Positions 1-7,302 of a stretch of 24,375 bases of DNA are shown here, piece by piece. A program made the translations under genes and the position numbers. The stretch lies in assembly GCA_041498975.1 (NCBI GenBank), contig JBGQJI010000030.1:1-24375 (forward strand). Direction: 5' to 3'. Origin of the DNA: Candidatus Methylomirabilis sp. (GTDB taxonomy: Bacteria; Methylomirabilota; Methylomirabilia; Methylomirabilales; Methylomirabilaceae). The stretch's first letter is position 1; each line of letters starts with the position of its first letter. The notes under the pieces are model-generated. The model saw nothing but the letters and a program-made list of their open reading frames with translations. It did not search any database and was not told where the DNA came from.

Positions 1-370
1 AGGAGAGATCGCCAAGTATTTCAGGAAAATGTGAGCGGAAGTAGCAGTCACGCTCATCCCGCCTCATCTTGAACAAGGAATCTCGCCTGTAGTGATCCGC
101 GACCGCGATTCCCGCGAAGATCTCCTCAAGGAAGACCTCCGCGCCGATACGCGCCAACCCCCGGCCCATCCGGTCGAACGCACCGTCCGATCACTTCGTC
201 GGGAAAGAAAGAGGGGGTTCCAGAGAGGATCCAGGCGCGAAAAACCCAGCATGGCTGATGTTCTCGAGGGGTTCCTCTGGCCGCCCATGGGAGGGTGCGG
301 CGGTGAGGTTTCCGGCGAGGTATCGCTTTCAATGGCCGGACGTCTGGAGTAGGATACTGCCGATCGGCCC

Positions 371-607
371 CCTCTTGCCATAGTGGGGGCCTCCATTTCC
401 CTCTTGGTCGGGTCCAATGTCGAGAGCTTCTCCGCACCGATGTTACCGTTTACAGCGGGCGGCTTCATTTATGTTGTCGGGTCTGACCTATTACCCGAAC
501 TCAACAAAGCGCTGGAACTGTTCAAGTCGGTCGCGCAGCTTCTCGCAATGGGGACAGGTGTTGGACTGATGCTGCTACTGATGCTGTTGTTGACCGTGCT
601 GGACTGA
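371..607 (+). pseudogene. C-terminal fragment of a ZIP (ZupT) family metal transporter
   Basis: LAIVGASISLLVG...MLPFTAGGFIYVVGSDLLPELNK matches the last three TM helices of ZIP proteins (AGGFIY..sD.lPE). An in-frame TAG lies at 350-352 and no N-terminal ZIP part is seen upstream. Confidence 0.75.
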
Positions 608-648
608 CCTATCATGACAGCTGACCGGTGGCCGAGGGGAGGGAGGGT

Positions 649-1065
649 GTGCACAAGATCGAGGTGCGGGTGAGATTTGGAGAGACAGATCCGTACGGGG
701 TGGTCTATTTCGCCAGTTACCTGGAGTATGTCAAGGCGGCCCTTGATGAGTACCTCCGATCCCTGGGACTGTCGCCTGCCGAGTTTTACCGGAGCCCCAA
801 CGGCGGCTGGCCCATCGGCGAAGTGGCCGTCCGGTACGAGTCGCCGGGGCGCTACGATGACCTGTTAAGCGTCATGGTCTGGGTCGCCGAACTGGGCAGA
901 TCAACAGTTCGCTTCGGATTCCGGATCGAGCGTATGGGCGAAGGGGTCCGGCTCGCCAGCGGGACCGTCACCTGCGTCGCCATCGGACCGGACTGGCGAC
1001 CCCGCCCCATCCCATCAGATCTCGCGGCGCTCTTCGAAAGGGAACGCGCAAAGGCGGCCGGATGA
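649..1065 (+). CDS. acyl-CoA thioesterase, YbgC/4HBT hotdog family
   Basis: IEVRVRFGETDPYGVVYFASYLEY signature. GTG at 649 follows a GGGAGG RBS (the ORF track starts at 628). Confidence 0.88.
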   Translation: MHKIEVRVRFGETDPYGVVYFASYLEYVKAALDEYLRSLGLSPAEFYRSPNGGWPIGEVAVRYESPGRYDDLLSVMVWVAELGRSTVRFGFRIERMGEGVRLASGTVTCVAIGPDWRPRPIPSDLAALFERERAKAAG

Positions 1066-1192
1066 GGAAGGCCTGAGGGTTGAAGGGATACTCGCTCCGA
1101 TCTCATTGGAAGTTACAGGGTGGGGCGCCAGGCGTCGCTACCCATAAGACAGGGCACGTAGGATGAACCGCTGAAGGGAAGAGGGTCCCAAC

Positions 1193-2032
1193 ATGAAAAA
1201 GTGGCTTGCGACATTGCTGCTTGTGGGGTTGGTCCTGGGGGTTCGGTCTCTGGCTGGAGCAGAAGCCAGGACCATCGTCAAATTCTGGAGCGACATCGTG
1301 GTTGAGGAAGGGATGCGCGTACGGGACGCAGTGGCTATTGGCGGAAATGTCACGGTGGACGGGGTGGTTGAGCATGATGCGGTAGCGGTTGCCGGCTCGG
1401 TCATCCTGGGCTCGAAGGCCGTGGTGGGCCGGAATGTCGTCTCGGTAGGGGGAGCAATCGACAAGGCGGAAGGGGCGGTCGTTCGCGGCGATCTTACTGA
1501 GGTGAATATTCCTGGCATGTCTTCGGTTCTCAGGTCTGTGTCCTGGCCGAGCTGGGAAGAGCTGCGCTGGGTGTTTGGCGTCATCTCTTTCGTCGCTTTT
1601 GTCGGCTTTCTCGCCCTGGGACTGGTAATTGTTGCAGTGTTTCCGAAAGCGGTCGGCCTCATCTCTGCGGCGGTGGAGGACACTCCGCTGAGGGTAAGCC
1701 TGTGGGGGCTACTGGGAATGCTGCTGATCGTTCCCCTCGCGATATTCCTGGCGGTTTCGGTGGTAGGGATCGTCCTGATACCGCTGGAGATTTTCATTGT
1801 CGTCTGCGCGTTCCTGGTAGGCTACATTGCGGTCGCCCAGCTTATCGGGAAGAAGATCGCCACGGCGCTGAAGAGACCCGACCAACCCATGATCTGGGAG
1901 GCCTTCTGGGGGATGATCATCCTCTGGGTGATCGGCTGGGTGCCGGTCCTGGGCTGGCTGGTCAAGACGGTTGCCTCGCTGCTTGGCTTGGGGGGCGCGA
2001 TTGCCGCCCTCCTCAGCGCTCGAAAAAGCTGA
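1193..2032 (+). CDS. membrane protein with signal peptide, bactofilin-like (polymer-forming) beta-helix repeats and 4-5 C-terminal TM helices
   Basis: N-terminal signal (MKKWLATLLLVGLVLG). Repeats DAVAIGGNVTVDGVV / DAVAVAGSVILGSKAVV / NVVSVGGAI. The C-terminal half is hydrophobic. Confidence 0.75.
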   Translation: MKKWLATLLLVGLVLGVRSLAGAEARTIVKFWSDIVVEEGMRVRDAVAIGGNVTVDGVVEHDAVAVAGSVILGSKAVVGRNVVSVGGAIDKAEGAVVRGDLTEVNIPGMSSVLRSVSWPSWEELRWVFGVISFVAFVGFLALGLVIVAVFPKAVGLISAAVEDTPLRVSLWGLLGMLLIVPLAIFLAVSVVGIVLIPLEIFIVVCAFLVGYIAVAQLIGKKIATALKRPDQPMIWEAFWGMIILWVIGWVPVLGWLVKTVASLLGLGGAIAALLSARKS

Positions 2033-2079
2033 GGACGGACTTGGGAAGAGATGTGCTATTGTCGGGCGGCCGCATGCGG

Positions 2080-3945
2080 TCAGGGCAGGCAGCCTAACGC
2101 TTCAATGGCGATCCCAACCCTTAGGATGTCTAGTTCAGCATAGGGGCGGCCCGCGATCTGAACGGCCAGGGGCAGGCCTCGGCCGTCCGTGCCAACCGGA
2201 ACGACAAGGGCGGGGAGGCCGCTCTGGTTGAACGCGGCGGTGTAGCGGGTGAGAGCCCGATGCACGGGCTCCTTCTGGACTCCAAACGCGACCAGACGGG
2301 CTCCCAGGGTGGGTGCGGCCAGGGGAAGGGCCGGCAGCACCAGGACATCGACACGCTCGAACAGGCGCAAGAAGCCATCCGCTACCTGGGAGCGCATCCG
2401 CTGGCCCTGCACGTAGTCCACCGCCAGCAAACACTCGCCGAACTGCAGCCGCAGCCGCACGTCCGGGCCAAGTTTGTCCGGGTGCCGGCGCAGGCGGGTG
2501 CGGTGAAATGCCGCCGCCTCTGTATGAAGCACCACGAACTGGGCGGCACGGATGACTGACATAGGAGGAGGCTCGATGACCGAGATGGGCGCGCCAGCCT
2601 CCCTCAGCCGCTCGAGTGCCGCCCGCCAAGCGCTCGCCACGTCGTCCTGAACCGGATGAAGCCACTCGTCGGGGGGCGTGCCGACCCGAAGCCCGGCCAG
2701 CACCTCCCTGACCCTTGCCATGGACATGTCCGGCCGGCAGATGTTCTGCCTCCCATCGTCAAGCTCGCAGGTCGCGCCATCAACGTCGCCAGCGATGGCC
2801 TGCGCCAACCAGGCGGCCGCTGTCAGTCCCGGGCCGAGAACGTACTCCTCCCCAGGGGCGAGGGGCCGTCCTGCCAGGACGCGTGCGAAGGCTCTCTCCT
2901 GCTCGGAAGGACCGTCCGCCATCACAGCCAGCAGCACGGCTGCATCGGCGCAGGTGAAGGCCAGCGGCCCCACATGATCGAGGCTCCAGGACAGCGGCAG
3001 CACGCCCCGTCGCGAGACACGCCCGTACGTCGGCTTCAGGCCCACCACTCCGCAGGCGGCCGCGGGGATGCGAATGGACCCTCCGGTGTCGGTGCCGACC
3101 GCGCCGAGCGCGAGATGTGCCGCCACCGCAGCCGCCGAACCCCCACTCGACCCTCCCGCCATATGCTCCGGTCGCCTTGGATTTTTCACTGCCCCGAAGT
3201 GGGGGTTCTCGGAGGTGACCCCGTAAGCCAGCTCGTGCAGGTTCACGGCACCCAGGATGACTGCTCCGGCGTCCCTGAGGCGCGTGACCACCTCCGCGTC
3301 GGTGGAGCTGGGAGCTTCGTCGAGGGCCCGGCTGCCGCCTGTCATGGCGTAGCCTCGCACCTGCATCAGGTCTTTGATGGCGATGGGGATACCCGTCAGC
3401 AGGCCGTCCGAACGTGACTTAAGCGCCTCAAGAGCGGCCTGGGCCTCCCTGCGGGCCTGCTCCTCGAATACCGAGATGAACACATTCAGCTCTTCCGCTC
3501 GTCGGATTCGATCGAGGCGCCGCTCCACCAGCTCGATGGGGGAAAGACGTCCAGTGCGAAGCAGCCGAAGCGCCACCGTCAACGTCATTGGCGGTCCCTG
3601 TGTCACCCCGGCAACTGAAAGCGGTGCGACCACGCCCGTTTGAGCGCCCTCATCTGATGCTGATCGCATCTCATCGGGGACGTGTGCAGGTCCCTTGGCC
3701 GTTGAGTCGAGTCCGGCACCGGGGGCGATAGTATCAGCGGAAGCAGCGAGTCTGGACGGGCCCACAGGGGTGGCCTCACACGCGGGTTCAATAGCGTCTG
3801 GGACGGCGCGCGTCTGCAGCAACTCCAACTCTGCCAGGTGGTCTTCGAGGCGCGAGGCCACCTCCTCGACCCTCTCTGGGTTCATCGGGTCAGAGCGCAT
3901 GCGCCCGATCGCCGATACCATTTCTCGAAGGATGTCGCTGGACAC
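2080..3945 (-). CDS. amidase signature family enzyme (GatA/AtzE-like) with N-terminal extension
   Basis: GIPIAIKDL, GGSSGGSAAAVAA and GTDTGGSIRIPAAACGVVGLKPTYGRVS give an intact Lys-cisSer-Ser triad. C-terminal FNQSGLPALVVP...GLPLAVQ. Confidence 0.92.
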   Translation of the reverse strand: MSSDILREMVSAIGRMRSDPMNPERVEEVASRLEDHLAELELLQTRAVPDAIEPACEATPVGPSRLAASADTIAPGAGLDSTAKGPAHVPDEMRSASDEGAQTGVVAPLSVAGVTQGPPMTLTVALRLLRTGRLSPIELVERRLDRIRRAEELNVFISVFEEQARREAQAALEALKSRSDGLLTGIPIAIKDLMQVRGYAMTGGSRALDEAPSSTDAEVVTRLRDAGAVILGAVNLHELAYGVTSENPHFGAVKNPRRPEHMAGGSSGGSAAAVAAHLALGAVGTDTGGSIRIPAAACGVVGLKPTYGRVSRRGVLPLSWSLDHVGPLAFTCADAAVLLAVMADGPSEQERAFARVLAGRPLAPGEEYVLGPGLTAAAWLAQAIAGDVDGATCELDDGRQNICRPDMSMARVREVLAGLRVGTPPDEWLHPVQDDVASAWRAALERLREAGAPISVIEPPPMSVIRAAQFVVLHTEAAAFHRTRLRRHPDKLGPDVRLRLQFGECLLAVDYVQGQRMRSQVADGFLRLFERVDVLVLPALPLAAPTLGARLVAFGVQKEPVHRALTRYTAAFNQSGLPALVVPVGTDGRGLPLAVQIAGRPYAELDILRVGIAIEALGCLP

Positions 3946-4413
3946 TCGTTTTCCCTTTGCTCCGCCAAAGCCGCTGGTCCGGCTCGCGCCCTATCGCTGG
4001 TTGCCGCCGCCACCTTACCATAGACGAAGACGCGGCAACAAACGGAATGCGGTCACACGAGAACCTCCGGGTCGGGACCTGGGCCACGCCCCCGTATCCG
4101 GATCAGAGCAAAATCGGCCTCCGCCCCTCAACCACTGGTCGCTCCCCTACTTGACGCCTACAAGAGGCTATGATAGAAGAAACGCACGATGGACACAGGC
4201 TAATCCCAGCTCACCGCCAGTCAGGGCCTTCTCTCCGATCTCCACGAGCGGGGCGAGAAGGGAGGACCGATCTTCAGCCCGGGATCGCAGCCCCCAGTGG
4301 AAGACGGTCCTCGCTCCCCAGGTTTCCCAGGGCGTCCCTTGGGAATGCGTACGAGATCTTCAAGAGACAAACAGGTCTTTCTTCCGGCACGCAGTACGCT
4401 GTCTGCCTTTGTT

Positions 4414-4555
4414 GAGATTCCGGAGCATGTCCTGAGCCCAGTCGGAGCCTGTCCTGAGGACACTCGAAGGGCCTGCGCTGAGCCCTGAGCGTAGCCGAAG
4501 GGTCGAAGCGGGCCTGCCCAGAGCAGCGGCGAGGGGTCTCGCTCCTCGCAATGAC
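4414..4555. repeat. REP-like right arm (GAGATT...CTCGCAATGAC) containing a nested array of CCTGYCCTGAGC-N4/5-TCGAAGGG units
   Basis: About 5 CTGAGC/CGAAGGG units lie between GAGATT (4414) and CTCGCAATGAC (4545-4555). The same layout with one unit occurs at 16597-16656. Confidence 0.85.
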
Positions 4556-4658
4556 GCGGGGGGATTTTCTGGGCGATGACAAGAGAGCAAGCATTCATTG
4601 CGTTTGTTCCAGTTTTCGCGCTGCGCTCATCTCGCGGCGCGCTTGGTGAGGCAAGAAG

Positions 4659-7037
4659 ATGAACGCAATGCAGATCTGGCGCCGGATGCGAAGGCGGGGC
4701 CGCGCCGAACCAGCGGAGGGACAGCCGCGCTCGGTTGCAGCCGCCGGAACGCCTAAAGATCCGGCGACGGCCGCGCTTCAATCACACCCCGATCTGCTCG
4801 CCTCGTGGCTTCCGCGACGGCGCACGGACCTCCTTGCGGCCTGTGCCGTCGCAGCGCTCGCCTTTCTGGCCTTCGGGAACTCGCTCTGGAATGGGTTTGC
4901 CTTCGACGATGTGACCATGATCTGGGAAAATTCGGCGATCCGCAACCTCTCAGACCTGCCCGCCGTCTTTGCTTCTGGCTACTGGCCGGAAAGGCAGGAC
5001 CTGGCCTATCGTCCGCTGATCATTTTCTCGTACGCGTTGAACTACGCTGCGGCGGGACTCGCGCCCTTCACGTACCATCTCGTCAACGTCCTGATCCACG
5101 CGGGTAACTCCGCCCTTGTCTATCGCCTTACCGTGGCGCTCTTCAATGCGCGGGGCCTGGCGTTCGCCACAGCGGCCGCCTTCGCCCTGCACCCGATCCA
5201 CACCGAGGCGGTGGCGAACACCGTGGGCCGGGCCGAGCTGCTGGCGAACGCCTTCCTGTTGCTGAGCTGGTACTGGTATCTGAAATGGGATCAGCCGCCC
5301 GCTCGCGCCAAGACTTGCTGGCTCGTTGCCTCGATAGCGGCCTTCGGGCTGGCAATCTTCACAAAGGAACATGCTGTCATCCTCCTCGGCCTCCTCGTCA
5401 TGACCGACCTGCTCCGCACCTCCGATAGAGGCGTGTCGCTGGGCCGGACCGTCTGGGACAAATGTCGGCGCGCTTACGTCTGGTATCTCCTCCCGCTCGC
5501 CGGGTACCTCGTGGCCCGGTTCTTCGTCCTTGGCGGCCTCTTGAGTACGCTGGCTGGGTGGTTGACGAATCCGCTGATCTATACCGACCCGTGGACTCGT
5601 TCCCTGACCGCGATCAAGATCCTGGGCAAGTACCTCTGGCTCCTCCTCGTGCCCGTGCGCCTTTCGGCCGACTATTCCTACAACCAGATCCCGCTCAGCA
5701 GGTCTGCCCTGGAGCCGGCCGTTCTGGTCTCGCTGATGGCGTTCCTTCTGATGCTCGGCCTTGCGGGCTGGAGCTGGCGCAGGCGGCCGGTAATCAGCTG
5801 CGCTATTGCCATCCTTGTCGTTACGATCCTTCCGGTCTCGAACCTCTTGTTCCCGATCGGGACGATCATGGCCGAGCGGGTGCTCTACCTCCCCTCTCTC
5901 GGCTTTTGCCTCTTCCTTGCTGTCGCAGTGACGACCCTAACCGCCCGGCCTCGCTGGGGCCTCCCGGTAGCTGCCGCCTTCGGGCTGCTCCTCCTTGGCT
6001 ACACAGAGCGGACGGTGGTCCGGAACTGGGATTGGCGGAGCAACGCCGCGCTCTTCGCCGCCACGGTCCGGACCAGTCCGGATAGCGCGCCCGCTCATGC
6101 TGTGTTGGCAGACATCCTGTTGAAGCGTGGGGATCTTCCCGGCGCCGGTCGGGAGTACGAGCGAAGCCTGCAGGTCTATCCCAATTATGGCAAGGCGCTC
6201 ACCGGCCTTGGTGTGGTGTTCGAAAGGCAGGGGCAGATCGACGAGGCGATTCGCGTGTACCGGATGGTTGAGAAAGGTGACAGGCACTATGACCGGGCGC
6301 ACCTCAACCTCGGCTTCCTCGCCCTCCGGCAGGGAAGGCCCTCCGAGGCCTTGAGGGAGTTCCGCGAGGTCGCCGGAGTCCGCTTCCTCCGTGCAACCGA
6401 GTCCAGCGAGCTTGCGGAGGGATTCTTTCGCCTGGGCTCTCTCGATGAGGCCCAGGCGACGCTGGAGACGGCCCGGCAGCGCCTCCCAAACATTTTCTTC
6501 ATCAGGCGAAACCTGGCACTCGTCTATTCGCATAAGGGACGACGGGAGGATGCCCTGCGGGAGATGGAGGCAGCCGCGAGCTTGAGGCCGGACCTTCCTG
6601 AGGTGCAGCTCGACCTGGGAAAGATGTATGCCCAGCGAGGGTTTCTCGCCGCCGCCGAGTCCGCCCTCAAAGCCGCCCTCAGCCTCAGACCTCGAGACCC
6701 CGATGCCCTCTACCTCCTCGGCGTGGTTCTCGTGCAACAGGCTCGCCCTAGGGAGGCTGAGGAGCTGCTGTTGACCGCCATCCAACTGCGGCCTGGCGAT
6801 GCTGAGGCGCATTTCACCCTCGGGAACATTTATGTGACAACCGGGAGGCTGCCCGAAGCTCAGCAGGAATTGGAGGCGGCGCTGCGCCTCAAGCCGCAGT
6901 ACCCATTGGCGCATCGCGCCCTGGGGAGGCTGCTGCAACGACAGGGACGATCGGCAGAGGCCCAGCGCGAGTTTCAGGCCGCCGACCGCCAGGAACAGTC
7001 GCTCCGGTCGGCCGGGGCGACGGGACCAGGCCGCTGA
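4659..7037 (+). CDS. TMTC-like membrane glycosyltransferase (putative protein O-mannosyltransferase, GT-C fold, DUF1736) with C-terminal TPR array
   Basis: Motifs FAFDD, YRPL, YHLVNVLIH, FALHPIHTEAVAN..GRAELL, TKE, LSADYS, AERVLYLPS and RNWDW, followed by roughly 8 TPRs. Confidence 0.88.
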   Translation: MNAMQIWRRMRRRGRAEPAEGQPRSVAAAGTPKDPATAALQSHPDLLASWLPRRRTDLLAACAVAALAFLAFGNSLWNGFAFDDVTMIWENSAIRNLSDLPAVFASGYWPERQDLAYRPLIIFSYALNYAAAGLAPFTYHLVNVLIHAGNSALVYRLTVALFNARGLAFATAAAFALHPIHTEAVANTVGRAELLANAFLLLSWYWYLKWDQPPARAKTCWLVASIAAFGLAIFTKEHAVILLGLLVMTDLLRTSDRGVSLGRTVWDKCRRAYVWYLLPLAGYLVARFFVLGGLLSTLAGWLTNPLIYTDPWTRSLTAIKILGKYLWLLLVPVRLSADYSYNQIPLSRSALEPAVLVSLMAFLLMLGLAGWSWRRRPVISCAIAILVVTILPVSNLLFPIGTIMAERVLYLPSLGFCLFLAVAVTTLTARPRWGLPVAAAFGLLLLGYTERTVVRNWDWRSNAALFAATVRTSPDSAPAHAVLADILLKRGDLPGAGREYERSLQVYPNYGKALTGLGVVFERQGQIDEAIRVYRMVEKGDRHYDRAHLNLGFLALRQGRPSEALREFREVAGVRFLRATESSELAEGFFRLGSLDEAQATLETARQRLPNIFFIRRNLALVYSHKGRREDALREMEAAASLRPDLPEVQLDLGKMYAQRGFLAAAESALKAALSLRPRDPDALYLLGVVLVQQARPREAEELLLTAIQLRPGDAEAHFTLGNIYVTTGRLPEAQQELEAALRLKPQYPLAHRALGRLLQRQGRSAEAQREFQAADRQEQSLRSAGATGPGR

Positions 7038-7302
7038 GCCTGCTTATTCCAAGGTAGACGTAGAGGGAGGGTTACAGGCAATGCGGTCCGAAGAGATCAA
7101 AAAGTATGACGTTGATCCCCTCCTTGTTAGCGGTAGAGCAGATCGGGCAAGTCTGCCATCGAATGGAGGCCTTTCAGGAGATCGTGCGGGCGACTGGGTT
7201 GTCCATGATTGCGCCATCCGAATCCTAGGGGCGCTGCTTGCTGAGCCCCTCTTGGGGTGATGGGCCTGGTTGGGTAAGTAGATTGGCCAAGGAGGTTGAC
7301 GC

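Noticed and set aside
1..169. Edge ORF fragments: + strand GEIAKYFRKM* (2-34) and an in-register minus-strand frame MGRGLARIGAEVFLEEIFAGIAVADHYRR... running off the window
   Set aside because: The two readings are antisense to each other, neither has a recognisable motif, and the choice needs upstream sequence.
2080..3945. gatA assignment
   Set aside because: No gatB adjacent, and it lacks the GatA-typical DEFAMGSS and RYDG motifs (has HELAYGVT instead).
4151..4174. TTGACG / TATGAT as a sigma70 promoter
   Set aside because: The spacing is only 12 nt; the 17-nt alternative is discussed under findings.
4170..4781. ORFs in repeat regions (4170-4415, 4221-4781, 4274-4594, 17614-17937, 20252-20476)
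   Set aside because: They translate REP arms (RHCEER, VIARSE, LAMT, PRND) and show no protein-family features.
5937..6938. Long antisense ORFs (5937-6938, 1138-1797, 22374-23438, 21646-22479)
   Set aside because: Shadow frames of well-supported GC-rich genes on the opposite strand.
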